The notes under the pieces are model-generated. The model saw only the letters and a list, made by a program, of their open reading frames with translations, was not told the origin of the DNA and searched no databases. This document shows positions 36,097 to 46,955 of a DNA stretch of 64,000 bases, one piece after another. The stretch spans positions 32,001-96,000 of IMG/VR virus record IMGVR_UViG_3300027976_000007. One strand, written 5' to 3'. Numbering within the stretch: position 1 is the stretch's first letter; each line of letters starts with the position of its first letter. Position numbers and translations under genes: made by a program. This DNA is from a virus.

Positions 36097-38253
36097 TTAA
36101 CCATCACCATCAACTATAGTCCAAAAATGATCATTTCTTAAGGAGGCTCGAGCTGTTATTCCCTTACCTGATGGGGTTGATGATCCACCATGAAAGGTGA
36201 CATTCTTTAATACAGATTGAGATTCCCAACCAACCAATGTAGAATTATAATTAACAGTGGATAATGAATTACTTGTAAACATGGATTCAGCATTTTCTAG
36301 TAAAGTTACGATCCAGTTTCCTAAACTATAATTAAATATTATATTAAAAGCAAACATGAAGCTTGTATTCTCTAAGGCGGGAGTGTTCCATATTCCTATA
36401 TCTTGGTTAAATTTTAAAGCATTGGAAAACATATAAGCCATACTCTCCACTTTAATAGTATTCCATAAAGTTATGTCTTGGTTAAATTCAAGAGCAGCAA
36501 AAAACATATTACTCATTGTTATAACCTCAGCAGTATCCCATCCTCCTATATAAATGTCAAATATCGCAGCTCCAGCGAACATTCCCCCCATATTATTTAC
36601 CTTTGAGGTTATCCAGTTTGTTATTAAAGAATTAAACTTTGTAGTTATCCCAAAGGTACCTTCCATATTAACCACTTCTGAAGTATTCCAACTATTTAAA
36701 TTTTGGTTAAAGTCAACCGCACTATAAAACATGTAAGAAATGTTGAGGTTTTTTGACATATCCCAACTGTCCATAGGTTTATTATACTTTCTAGCATTTA
36801 TAAACATATAAGAGGTACTTAACAGAGCAGAAGTAATCCAGTTTTCTATAGATTGATTGTATATTAAAGCATTGTTAAACATCGAAACCATATATTTAAC
36901 TTTACGTACATCCCAATCCCCTATATATTGGTTATATTCCCAACATAGATAAAACATGGAACTCATATCTATAACATTCGAAGTATTCCAATCCCCTATA
37001 TATTGATTGAACTTTTTGCACCCCGAAAACATATAAGCCATATCAAGACAGGCTACGGTATTGAAACCATTAATACCATTAAATTCATTTAATATAAAAC
37101 AGTTTAGGAACATACTATTTAGGGAAGTAGCTTCATCTACTGAAAGGAAATCATTAGTTTCCACAGTCATGTTACTGCATCCATTAAATACATTAACCCC
37201 ATCTATTCCTATATCTAGGCAACCCCAATTTAGGATTTTTCTTACTTTTAAAGAATCAGCCACTCCCTCGAATTTCAAACCTCTTAAAATCCCTGTTATC
37301 CTTATAATATAAGTACCTTCTGTATCGTATGTATGGGTTTTAGATAGGTCTGAATGGGAAGTAACTGTACCTGTAGTGGAATCCCCCCAATTTACTATAA
37401 AATTATATGAGCTGTCTATTCCAGGAGTTGTAGGTATGGTAAAATCTAAACTTGAATTATTTACTTGTACCTCAAACATAAAGGATGAGGGATCAAATGG
37501 AGGGTTTAAGTTAGGGATATAAACTTCAAAAATTTCAGGTATATCAGGAGAATTGTTTGTTTTTTTAGAAAAAATTTCCTTAGATATTATAGGAGGTTTC
37601 CAAAATTTTAACCAATTATTGTTTAAAAAAGTAGAAAGGTTTGATTGTTTAAGCCTTCTTTCTTGGAGAAGTGTTATTTTTCTATTTACATTATATACTT
37701 CTTCCCTTTCCCCTACTATGGTCCAAGGCATGAAAAAAGTATTATATACCCCCCAATACCAATTTGGGTCTTGATCATTTAATTTATCATAGGTTTCCTT
37801 ACTAATTTCAGTATATATAGGTTGGTTTATTTTAAGGCAAAAAAATCTGTTAATAGATCCCTTCTCATAACTATCATCAGTAGGGGAAGGATAATATTGA
37901 GGGGGTAATAATTTATTTGTAGGCCTTAGGAGATTTATATTTTTTAAAAAAACATAATCTAATATTTCTTTTTGATTGTACCCCATAGTATCTAACGAAT
38001 CAAATACCGTAGGGAAATCCCCATAAGCTATTTGAGTTTGTAAGGTTTGGGGTTGGAAACTCTCCTCTACATTTGAAGGAAATGTTATAGGAAGGTTAGG
38101 AGGAGAATCAGGAGAAACCCCAGTAAAAAATTTTCCATTGGAAGTTTTATAATAAGGTCCTATATAAGGGATTTGACTTCCTTCATATACTAAAAAGTTA
38201 TTATTACTGCTAAATAAACCAGTAGTTATTTTATTTTTGGGAGTATAAGCCAT
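36097..38253 (-). CDS. probable virion protein with PKD-like domain and BspA/DUF285-type ~25-aa repeats
   Basis: VNWGDST..HTY; about 11 repeats of FNQ.I..W.T..V..M..MF. Confidence 0.8.
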   Translation of the reverse strand: MAYTPKNKITTGLFSSNNNFLVYEGSQIPYIGPYYKTSNGKFFTGVSPDSPPNLPITFPSNVEESFQPQTLQTQIAYGDFPTVFDSLDTMGYNQKEILDYVFLKNINLLRPTNKLLPPQYYPSPTDDSYEKGSINRFFCLKINQPIYTEISKETYDKLNDQDPNWYWGVYNTFFMPWTIVGEREEVYNVNRKITLLQERRLKQSNLSTFLNNNWLKFWKPPIISKEIFSKKTNNSPDIPEIFEVYIPNLNPPFDPSSFMFEVQVNNSSLDFTIPTTPGIDSSYNFIVNWGDSTTGTVTSHSDLSKTHTYDTEGTYIIRITGILRGLKFEGVADSLKVRKILNWGCLDIGIDGVNVFNGCSNMTVETNDFLSVDEATSLNSMFLNCFILNEFNGINGFNTVACLDMAYMFSGCKKFNQYIGDWNTSNVIDMSSMFYLCWEYNQYIGDWDVRKVKYMVSMFNNALIYNQSIENWITSALLSTSYMFINARKYNKPMDSWDMSKNLNISYMFYSAVDFNQNLNSWNTSEVVNMEGTFGITTKFNSLITNWITSKVNNMGGMFAGAAIFDIYIGGWDTAEVITMSNMFFAALEFNQDITLWNTIKVESMAYMFSNALKFNQDIGIWNTPALENTSFMFAFNIIFNYSLGNWIVTLLENAESMFTSNSLSTVNYNSTLVGWESQSVLKNVTFHGGSSTPSGKGITARASLRNDHFWTIVDGDG

Positions 38254-40109
38254 TAGGTTGAAGGTGCTTTAAATATATAAAAATCCCAAAAATTACTATC
38301 TGTTGAACCATATATAAATTCAGCTCCATAATTAAGTCGAAGAGAAGAAGACCATTGAACTGGATTTATGTCTCCCACACATATTTGAGTGTGGCCAAGC
38401 TCTCTATGGCTTCCCTCTCCATCATTAGCATAATATACTACAACATCTCCATATTCATAATAATAAGGGGGATTAATAAGGGCTGCTAATCTTTCTTTAG
38501 ATATATTAGTACCAATTTTATGTTGAGTATATCCTATCTTTGTTAGGTTGGACCAATATTCTAAATTTTGATTAGCAGCCCCTCCGGAGGGTATTTGGGT
38601 CATTGGTGGGAATTGATCTTTCAGGAACCTAACATAGTTATAAGCCATATTATAGGTCCATCTAGCACACCACCCTTTCTTCTCTCCGTCTCTCTTGAAT
38701 ACAAAATTATAACTTTTTTGCATGGCATCTCTTCTATTCTGTGAAAATAGTGCTGATGGGAGAGAAGGAACAATTTTATAAAGATCGGAATTTTCACTGG
38801 TAGGTAGTAGGTTATTTTCTCTTATAGAAGCTTTTGGATTTATGTTAGACATTAAAGGAGAAATAGGCGGTAATTTACCTTTAGTAAAAGAAGGAGTTGC
38901 TAAGGTATCAATAGAAGTAATCCAAGAACTAGAATCTACTTTATGAGAAACGCTACTAACTATAATATCTATCTCTTTTGAATCATAAGATTTAGGGAGG
39001 ACACTATCGGACATTTTGAATTTTTGGTATAATTTAATTCCCGCCAGTCCATCTAAGTCTAAAGAGAGGTTGAAAGGGAGAAAGAATGGTCCCGCTATTT
39101 GCTGAGATGGGCCGGGTGTTGATAATTCTCCTATTTTATATTGAGAGTATTCTTGGTAATTAGATTTTAAACTATCTATATTTTCATCATTGAAATGGAT
39201 CCCTCCTCCATCATGGAGAAGATATGTTTTAGATATTAAATTTTTGAGGGTTTTTTCTGTTTTAAGGGGGGTCTTCTTCGATGTATCTTGCGTTCCCGGG
39301 GCTTCAGAGTAATTTATTTTTTCTGGGATTATTCTATCTATTAATCCTTTACTATAATTAGAGAAGGAGAGAGCATTTCCCCCTACTTGGTTGGAGTTTG
39401 ATTGGGCCCCTATCACAGCTAAAGCTTTCATATCATTAGGTATTTCAGAGGATAAGTTTATTTTTCTAATAAAACTTCCCTCCAACGATGAATTGGATTC
39501 TTTTATTCCGTATATATTAAATATAGAGTATTCTGGATCTGGGGTTTTGTTTTCTTTAGGGGTTTTTTCTATAAAATTTATTTTATTTCTATCTACTTGA
39601 ATCGAAATATCATTTATACCTCCCAAAGATTCAGTTATCCCCGCATTTATGGTTTTTAAAAATTCTAATATAGTAAAGGAATCTTTATTATTATTAATAT
39701 TTTCTGATGTTATGTTACTCAACCAATCTATATTTAGGTATAAATTAAATAATCTCCCCTGAAATATATCAGATGTGGTAAAATGGTTAGGGAGATTTAA
39801 TTCCTTTAAAGTTAAACATATTCTTGGATCAGAGGATATACTTCCTTCATATGTTAAAATATAATTTTCATCAGATTCTAAATTTTCAAAATCTATATTA
39901 AACCTCAAACAAGGGATGTCTCGATCATATAGCAAAAGTCTTGATTGAATTTGAGATAAGAGATAACCGTATTTTATATAGGTTTTAGGGTTACTTGAAG
40001 AATCATCTCCCCCAGAGGATGGGATCTTAATTATAGCATCTTTTATAATAAAAGTCTTACCCTCAAGAGATATCTTTTTAGGAAAGGTTGTATATACGCT
40101 GTTATCCAT
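38253..40109 (-). CDS. putative baseplate hub-associated protein with C-terminal CHAP/NlpC-like domain
   Basis: GWCARW...GDVVVY...GHTQI pattern; baseplate region. Confidence 0.55.
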   Translation of the reverse strand: MDNSVYTTFPKKISLEGKTFIIKDAIIKIPSSGGDDSSSNPKTYIKYGYLLSQIQSRLLLYDRDIPCLRFNIDFENLESDENYILTYEGSISSDPRICLTLKELNLPNHFTTSDIFQGRLFNLYLNIDWLSNITSENINNNKDSFTILEFLKTINAGITESLGGINDISIQVDRNKINFIEKTPKENKTPDPEYSIFNIYGIKESNSSLEGSFIRKINLSSEIPNDMKALAVIGAQSNSNQVGGNALSFSNYSKGLIDRIIPEKINYSEAPGTQDTSKKTPLKTEKTLKNLISKTYLLHDGGGIHFNDENIDSLKSNYQEYSQYKIGELSTPGPSQQIAGPFFLPFNLSLDLDGLAGIKLYQKFKMSDSVLPKSYDSKEIDIIVSSVSHKVDSSSWITSIDTLATPSFTKGKLPPISPLMSNINPKASIRENNLLPTSENSDLYKIVPSLPSALFSQNRRDAMQKSYNFVFKRDGEKKGWCARWTYNMAYNYVRFLKDQFPPMTQIPSGGAANQNLEYWSNLTKIGYTQHKIGTNISKERLAALINPPYYYEYGDVVVYYANDGEGSHRELGHTQICVGDINPVQWSSSLRLNYGAEFIYGSTDSNFWDFYIFKAPST

Positions 40110-40111
40110 TA

Positions 40112-41176
40112 CTATTTTGCCTCTATAACTTTATTATTACGTTTTAATTTTTCTGTTGAATATTGGGGGATTAATTGGGATGCATCATATAGTAATTTAT
40201 CTATAAAAGATCTATCTCGATTAGATATTAAAACATTATCTTCATCTTCCTTATCTTCATCTTCCCCCCAACCCACATTTATTCCTGCTTTTAAAGACTC
40301 AATAATATCCCCTACAGAAGTAATAGTTATTTCACAACTATAACTCCCATCATTATCTAAAGCCCAACTGAAGTTAGAAACTTTCCCTAATATAGCCTCA
40401 TAGTTTCCTTTCTTATCTTTCTTTTCCACATCTATAACCTCATACATTTCATCTTGATTTATCCCTTTTAAGAATTTTATAAGAGGGTCTGAATGGAAAG
40501 TGTCCATTTTTTGTATAGTGTTATTTTTATCGAAAAAATGACTCCATCCAAATTCTAAAAGTAAAGTATATCCCGGTCTCATATATAATATATCTATAAT
40601 TTGGAGTTGGTTTTTACTAAAACATTTTATACTTATAGTGGATTCTGCTAATGTCCCATTATTTAGATATTTTGTAGTAGCTTGAGTTATACCAGGTAAA
40701 GGGATATATCCTCTTTCACTTGTTCCTAACCACCCATAAGATCCTTGGTTATTAAATTCCTGAGAATTTATCCCGGAATTTAACCCTAAATATTTATATT
40801 CTCCATTATTAAGGCCATCAGATACAGCCCCCCCAAATAATATACAGTTTCGGGCTAAATCACTTCCTTCAACCACAGGCCAATTTTCACTTAAAAGTTT
40901 TTGAATTATAGATGAAGGATCATTCACCTTAGGGGTAGGGGTTAAATTCGCGAAACTATAGTTTGAGTTGGGTATTATGTTGATGGAAAAAGGATTATGA
41001 TCATAGTGGTATAAAGAAGTATTAGAGAGATTTATAGAACTGGCCAACCTAATCCAAGGGGTTTTGGTGTTATATACTTGCAAGTTATGAGGATCTGTTG
41101 AGGTTCCTAATATCTTCTGTCTAGTTTCTATTTGTTCCTTTACCCAAGGGCTAAAAGGCTCTCCGAATATACTCAT
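40112..41176 (-). CDS. putative baseplate hub protein (possibly N-terminal part of 38253..40109)
   Basis: WIRLASS, PLPGIT, YMRPGYTLLLEFGW, GKVSNFSW; baseplate synteny. Confidence 0.55.
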   Translation of the reverse strand: MSIFGEPFSPWVKEQIETRQKILGTSTDPHNLQVYNTKTPWIRLASSINLSNTSLYHYDHNPFSINIIPNSNYSFANLTPTPKVNDPSSIIQKLLSENWPVVEGSDLARNCILFGGAVSDGLNNGEYKYLGLNSGINSQEFNNQGSYGWLGTSERGYIPLPGITQATTKYLNNGTLAESTISIKCFSKNQLQIIDILYMRPGYTLLLEFGWSHFFDKNNTIQKMDTFHSDPLIKFLKGINQDEMYEVIDVEKKDKKGNYEAILGKVSNFSWALDNDGSYSCEITITSVGDIIESLKAGINVGWGEDEDKEDEDNVLISNRDRSFIDKLLYDASQLIPQYSTEKLKRNNKVIEAK

Positions 41177-41179
41177 TTT

Positions 41180-41503
41180 TTAAAGACCATTTAATAATTT
41201 ATAGTTTGTAAGGATTGAATTTAAGTTTGTAGGGATCCTTATTTGGGATCCTTCTAATATAGAAAGAGAACCGAAGTTAATAATATCAGGATTAGCTATA
41301 GATATTATCCAATATAAAGTGACATCTTTATAGAATTGTTGAGCTAAAATATCTAACCTGTCTCCAAATTCGGTTATTACATATATATCATTTTCATCTA
41401 ATGGAACTGTTGGATATTTTACTCCCTTATATGCAAGAGAATTACCACCCCTTAAGTCTTCATTTAGGTTCCTTATTTGTTTTATGTTAGAATATCTATT
41501 CAT
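41180..41503 (-). CDS. LysM-like baseplate wedge protein (gp53/gpX-like)
   Basis: GDRLDILAQQFY....YWII..AN...G.QIRIP. Confidence 0.8.
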   Translation of the reverse strand: MNRYSNIKQIRNLNEDLRGGNSLAYKGVKYPTVPLDENDIYVITEFGDRLDILAQQFYKDVTLYWIISIANPDIINFGSLSILEGSQIRIPTNLNSILTNYKLLNGL

Positions 41504-41505
41504 TA

Positions 41506-44037
41506 TTATAGATTAGGAAGGGATATATATCTTTCTAAGGAATTGTTTAGGTTTTTAACCTTTTGAGGAAGGAAGTTATGGATTGGGACAAATGAAAAAC
41601 CACTTACTTCTATTCTGTGAGGTAGTTCTGTTAGATCTTTGTCTTTACCACCTTCTTCATTTATACCTATTTCCCAAGTAGTATCATCAGGAATTGTATA
41701 TGTTAAGGATTTTATAAAACCCGGCTGTTCATATATATAACCTCCTACAGTTAGTTTCACTAAAGTACCTCTCATAAACCCTGAGGCTGAATAGTCTGGG
41801 GCTAAGATAGAAGCTAAATAATTTAATTTTTTATACATTGGGATAAGCTCTGGTCTAGATTGAGCCATCACCGTAAAAGATAATGAAATGTCTCTATCAA
41901 ATCCACTATAGTTGTATAAAGTATCCCCTCTACCTACATAGTTTACAGCATCCCATTTAGCCCCGTAACTATCTGAAAAACCCTTTATTAAGGCTCTGAA
42001 GTGGAGATTTATAGATTCTCCATTTACATCGTCGTTGTTTATAGTTGATATTTTAAATTTAACTAAATCACTAATAGATTCAGGGGACGGAGGGTTTGAA
42101 GATGGATAAGGTAATAATGAAGTGATTTTATCTAAAGCATCTTTAGAAGTTTGAGATGAATATTTGTATACGTTTTTAGATGTACCTTGATTATTATTCC
42201 ATAATCCGGGATCCCCTAAATTTACCCTATTTTCTATGTTTTTCCCATTACTGGGTAAGTATGAAGGAGATAAAGAAATTATTTTACTTATACCCTCTTC
42301 TACATTAATTTTTTTTCTAAAATCCTCTTTTACTCCTTGCCCTATCTCAGATTCAGAAATAATCTTAGAAGTATCTTGGATTTTTTTAGTTCCCTGCCAA
42401 TATTCTCCACCCAAAGGGATACCATTAAGGATGAGAGTATTATTTACCCCCGTTAAATTCCCTCCATTATCAGGGATGGGGTTATGTGTTTTTAGGTACT
42501 CTATATAAGAATCTAAAGATTTTTTATCTTCTGCTGATATTAAACTAGATGAAGTAGCCGTTTTAGTAACTCCTAATATTTTATTGGATATTAGTTTTTC
42601 AGTACTGAATATTGGATCTAATTTAGGATCAAACTCAGGGTTGTTTATCCCTGTTCTTTGATCTGTAAAGGGAATTATTGTTGATCCTATCCCTAATATA
42701 GATCCGGGACCTCCTGGATATTCTCTTATATTGTTATTATTTTTCTTTATCTGGGAAGTGTACCATATATTTAATAGTCTGTTTGAGAAACCCGCACCTA
42801 AAGATGATTTAATAATAGTAATATAAGAATTATTAGGATTATATTCGGATCCTAATATTTGAGGTGAATCTAATAGAAATTCATCTTTAATTATTTCTTT
42901 AGTAAAAGTTAAAGGAAGTTTTTCTAGGTCTTCTTCTTTTTGAGTTTTTATTATACTAGAATAGGAGTTTATCCCTAGACCAGGAAAAGAAGAATTATTC
43001 GTAATAGGTATTATCCCTAAGTGGTTTAAATGGCCCCCAAAAGAAGAAATACCAGATTGGGCTATAGTAGATAAGGGAGAATAAATTCCTTGATTTATAT
43101 TCCCCCCACCATATCCTATCCCTTTAGAAGCTTCCGTTTTTACTGCAGTCCTAGATAAAATATTCTCTTTTAGGGTGAAAAGAAGTCCTTTTAGTTTTTC
43201 AGTACTGAATATTGGATCTAATTTAGGATCAAACTTAGGGTTGTTTACCCCTGTTCTTTGATCTGTAAAGGGAATTATTGTTGATCCTATCCCTAATATA
43301 GATCCGGGACCTCCTGAATATTCTAATATATTGTTATTATTTTTCTCTATCTGGGAAGTGTACCATATATTTAATAGTCTGTTTGAGAAACCCGCACCTA
43401 AAGATGATTTAATAATAGTAATATAAGGATTATTAGGATTATATTCGGATCCTAATATTTGAGGTGAATCTAATAGAAATTCATCTTTAATTATTTCTTT
43501 AGTAAAAGTTAAAGGAAGTTTTTCTAGGTCTTCTTCTTTTTGAGTTTTTATTATACTAGAATAGGAGTTTATCCCTAGACCAGGAAAAGAAGAATTATTC
43601 GTAATAGGTATTATCCCTAAGTGGTTTAAATGGCCCCCAAAAGAAGAAATACCAGATTGGGCTATAGTAGATAAGGGAGAATAAATTCCTTGATTTATAT
43701 TCCCCCCACCATATCCTATCCCTTTAGAAGCTTCCGTTTTTACTGCAGTCCTAGATAAAATATTCTCTTTTAGGGTGAAAAGAAGTCCTTGTGGTGATTT
43801 TAGATCGAAAAACATTTGAGTTAATCTACTTACATCCTCTACAGATTTGAAATGTAGCTTAGGTGAAAGTAAACCCCCGCTTAATAAAACATCAGGACCT
43901 CCAGTGCTTAAAATTCCAGACCCTTCTCCTTCAGGGATAGATTTTTGAATATAAGGTTGATTGCTCGAACCTCCATATTTTTTATCTCTCCCATATTTAA
44001 GGGATTTTAGATCTGTTTTAAGTTCAATTAAAGCCAT
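41506..44037 (-). CDS. baseplate / tail-tube-initiator-like protein with internal 200-aa duplication
   Basis: C-terminal FRA....SDSY.A.W....YVGR...Y.GF.R.ISLSF; follows tape measure. Confidence 0.65.
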   Translation of the reverse strand: MALIELKTDLKSLKYGRDKKYGGSSNQPYIQKSIPEGEGSGILSTGGPDVLLSGGLLSPKLHFKSVEDVSRLTQMFFDLKSPQGLLFTLKENILSRTAVKTEASKGIGYGGGNINQGIYSPLSTIAQSGISSFGGHLNHLGIIPITNNSSFPGLGINSYSSIIKTQKEEDLEKLPLTFTKEIIKDEFLLDSPQILGSEYNPNNPYITIIKSSLGAGFSNRLLNIWYTSQIEKNNNNILEYSGGPGSILGIGSTIIPFTDQRTGVNNPKFDPKLDPIFSTEKLKGLLFTLKENILSRTAVKTEASKGIGYGGGNINQGIYSPLSTIAQSGISSFGGHLNHLGIIPITNNSSFPGLGINSYSSIIKTQKEEDLEKLPLTFTKEIIKDEFLLDSPQILGSEYNPNNSYITIIKSSLGAGFSNRLLNIWYTSQIKKNNNNIREYPGGPGSILGIGSTIIPFTDQRTGINNPEFDPKLDPIFSTEKLISNKILGVTKTATSSSLISAEDKKSLDSYIEYLKTHNPIPDNGGNLTGVNNTLILNGIPLGGEYWQGTKKIQDTSKIISESEIGQGVKEDFRKKINVEEGISKIISLSPSYLPSNGKNIENRVNLGDPGLWNNNQGTSKNVYKYSSQTSKDALDKITSLLPYPSSNPPSPESISDLVKFKISTINNDDVNGESINLHFRALIKGFSDSYGAKWDAVNYVGRGDTLYNYSGFDRDISLSFTVMAQSRPELIPMYKKLNYLASILAPDYSASGFMRGTLVKLTVGGYIYEQPGFIKSLTYTIPDDTTWEIGINEEGGKDKDLTELPHRIEVSGFSFVPIHNFLPQKVKNLNNSLERYISLPNL
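42591..43790. repeat. 600-bp in-frame tandem duplication (42591-43190 and 43191-43790)
   Basis: Line-by-line identity with 7 nucleotide differences. Confidence 0.97.
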
Positions 44038-44151
44038 TTAAGGTTTTGGTTTAAAAATGTCGCCTTTTATCGCATTAAATAAAATAGGTATATAAGGTAT
44101 TGAATCATATAAGACTATTAATATAATACGTTAATCCTCCGTTAATATGAA

Positions 44152-44376
44152 TTAAAATGACGCACCCTCGGGTGAATTATCTCTATAATTATATGAAGGA
44201 ACTTGTCCATTTAAATCTAGATTTGAAGGTTGCCTTAATGACACATTATCCGGAATACCGTTTAAAGAATAACTATAATGTAGTTTTGAATCTATACTAA
44301 CAGTTACTGGAGGGGTAGACCCATTGAAGGTTGAAAGGTTAGATCCTTGTGATTGAAGTTTATTAAGTAATGGCAT
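44152..44376 (-). CDS. small hypothetical protein, probably virion-associated
   Basis: 74 aa, preceded by ATATTTATA motif. Confidence 0.65.
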   Translation of the reverse strand: MPLLNKLQSQGSNLSTFNGSTPPVTVSIDSKLHYSYSLNGIPDNVSLRQPSNLDLNGQVPSYNYRDNSPEGASF

Positions 44377-44405
44377 TTGTTTAAAATTTTATTTTGTTAT
44401 AAATA

Positions 44406-46937
44406 TTAACCCATTCTAGAAGTATTTAGGGCTAAAGATTTTCCTACTTTATTTCCATCTAAATAAACATCCCCTTCCATTTTTACTGCGGCTATTAGCT
44501 CATCTAATTTAGAATATAATTTTTCTAAAGATATAGCTGGGGATGTTGTGTTTTGAGATTGTTGGGTCTTATTAGATAATAAATTTGGAGCCGCTATTAA
44601 ATCATCATTGGGGGATAGTTCAAATAAACCTCCTTCTTTAGTAGACACTCGAGTTTTGCCTTTTGAGGGGGACATTACATCACCTGCTTTATCATAAACT
44701 ATTTTTCCTATCCCTGCAGCCAATCCTATTCCTACCAAAGCCGCTACAGGGTGTGCTATAGTATAGGCTACAGCCTGGGCTACCATTTGAGCTAATTTAC
44801 TTTTCCCTAATATTAAACTTAACTTCTCAGTTATCAATTTACGTTTTTCTATAGTTTCTATTGCGAAAGACATATTTCTCGTAGCTTTCATAGTCCCATA
44901 AAGTGTGGCTAAGGTTAATACTACCCCACCAAGAGTTGCCTCCCAACCCTTAATACCTTCAAGGTTCCCTTCTATTAATCCTCCTATAATTTTGAAGGCT
45001 GAAGTTATAGGAGTCAACAACAAACCTATTCCTGCGATAGCGGGTGCTAGCATACTAACTATAGGGTTAATTATATCCATTAAAGGAATAGCCATGCTTG
45101 TAAAAACGTCTTTTAATTTTTCTGTAGATTCTCTTATTTTATCTGAATTGGAAGCTTGTTCTCTTAATCCTTCAAGTTTTTTATCTTGGAGTTCAGCTAA
45201 GGCTCCCTCTTGACCTAGAATATCTATTCGAGATTGGAGGATTTTAGCATCTTTTTCAGCTTGTTCTCCAGTAGCTCCTTTTAATTGTTCCCTGATAAAT
45301 AATGAATCTGCTAATTGATCTTTAGTCATTCCAACAGCTTTAGCTAAAGCTTCTTGTTCTATTCTATTTAAGTTTCCAAACGCAGCGGCTGTCCCTACTT
45401 GTTTCGCTATTTCAGAGGCTACACCCGCCAGATTATTATCTAAAGCATATTGTCGTGCTTTTTCCAAGTTAAGATTTCTTCCTAATATCAACTCCGCACT
45501 CATTTCAGCTTGTATGGAATCTTGGAAGTTTAATAAACTATCAGCTATGGAATTTACCTGGTCTAACTCCATACCTAAAGACTTTGCTGTAGCTACGGCC
45601 TCAGCTATAAGCCCTGGATTTTGACCTAATGAAAGAGTGATTGAAGATGAAACTTTTCCTATCCCTTTTAATAATTCTTTTTCGTTTAATAATACTCCGT
45701 TTTTAAGGGAAGCGATTTTAGCTTGAGCCATAAACTCCTTAGTAATATCGTTTACAGGTTTTCCAGAACTTATTGAGATTTTACCTAAAGCAATCATTTC
45801 TTCGTTAGTGAATCCTGCCATGTCTTTTAAGGCACTCATCTGTACTAACATATCTTTATTTAACATGACTCCGGTTCCTAAGGAATCATTCATTTTTGTT
45901 AACATTTCAGAAAGGTCTTTGGATGATACAAAGTTTTCTCCTGAAGCTTTTGCCGCCTCGTTAAGTTCTTTATGGAATCCAGTAGCTTCTTTATATGAAA
46001 CCCCCATCCCTTTAGCCATACTTCCTACGACTTGATCTACTTCCATTATAGAAGAAACCAATAACCCTAATAAGGCTATGGGTCCTAAGGCGGTCATTAA
46101 ATTAGCTCCAAGACTCTTAACTCCTGCCATAAGAGGGGATAGAGATTTAACATCTGGGATGTTTATTATAGATTCCTCCCCCGCCTGGGACGCAGCCTCT
46201 TGAGAGGTCATTCCTTCTTTTCTTTTTTCTTTATATAATCTCTTTTTTTCCTCCCACCTCCTCTCTAATGTTATTTTTTTAGCGGTTTCAGAACTAATGC
46301 CTTTAATATCTCCAAATGCTTCTTTATTATATATAGCTTGTTGTCTAGAAGCTTCAGCCGCTTCTCCAAAGGAGGTGGAATATGATCTTAATCCAGGGAT
46401 GCTTTTAGCTATATCATTAAAAGCCGCAAAGGAACCTACCCCAAAACTTCTTTGAATTTCTTCAGAATGGCTTTCTATGATAGCCAATTCGTTTCTAGTA
46501 CGAACTATATTAGCTAATTGCTCCTCAATATTTTGAGCTTGAATGTCTGACCCTTCTACCCCAGACATAAGAAATTTAGCCTGAAGTTGATCCAGAAGTT
46601 GGGCTTGTTTAGTTAAGGATAATCTTTTTTCTGTTAATTGGTTTTTTGTAGATTCTAATCCTAAACTATCTTTTTGGATTGAATATACAGATTCAATTTC
46701 TTTAGTTATTTTGGAAGTAAGGGAAGATAAGGATCTTTGTTCGGTATTTAACCTTTTCGCAAATTTTGATTGGCTTTTAATAGAATTATTAATATCCTGT
46801 TGGGTATCTAAAACTGTTGAAGAAATACCAGCCCTTTCTCTTAATATCTCAAGTATAGCTTTACCTATCTCATGTTCCTCCGTTAAGGAATTGTTAAGAT
46901 TTTCTTGATCATTTATATTCTCCGGGGTTACTGCCAT
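44406..46937 (-). CDS. tape measure protein
   Basis: 843 aa, Ala/Leu-rich helical with hydrophobic segments; downstream of tube and chaperone. Confidence 0.82.
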   Translation of the reverse strand: MAVTPENINDQENLNNSLTEEHEIGKAILEILRERAGISSTVLDTQQDINNSIKSQSKFAKRLNTEQRSLSSLTSKITKEIESVYSIQKDSLGLESTKNQLTEKRLSLTKQAQLLDQLQAKFLMSGVEGSDIQAQNIEEQLANIVRTRNELAIIESHSEEIQRSFGVGSFAAFNDIAKSIPGLRSYSTSFGEAAEASRQQAIYNKEAFGDIKGISSETAKKITLERRWEEKKRLYKEKRKEGMTSQEAASQAGEESIINIPDVKSLSPLMAGVKSLGANLMTALGPIALLGLLVSSIMEVDQVVGSMAKGMGVSYKEATGFHKELNEAAKASGENFVSSKDLSEMLTKMNDSLGTGVMLNKDMLVQMSALKDMAGFTNEEMIALGKISISSGKPVNDITKEFMAQAKIASLKNGVLLNEKELLKGIGKVSSSITLSLGQNPGLIAEAVATAKSLGMELDQVNSIADSLLNFQDSIQAEMSAELILGRNLNLEKARQYALDNNLAGVASEIAKQVGTAAAFGNLNRIEQEALAKAVGMTKDQLADSLFIREQLKGATGEQAEKDAKILQSRIDILGQEGALAELQDKKLEGLREQASNSDKIRESTEKLKDVFTSMAIPLMDIINPIVSMLAPAIAGIGLLLTPITSAFKIIGGLIEGNLEGIKGWEATLGGVVLTLATLYGTMKATRNMSFAIETIEKRKLITEKLSLILGKSKLAQMVAQAVAYTIAHPVAALVGIGLAAGIGKIVYDKAGDVMSPSKGKTRVSTKEGGLFELSPNDDLIAAPNLLSNKTQQSQNTTSPAISLEKLYSKLDELIAAVKMEGDVYLDGNKVGKSLALNTSRMG

Positions 46938-46955
46938 TTATTTTGTTTATACATA

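Noticed and set aside
42591-43790. 600-bp repeat as a diversity-generating retroelement TR/VR pair
   Set aside because: No reverse transcriptase in the window, mismatches are not adenine-specific, and both copies are tandem within one ORF.
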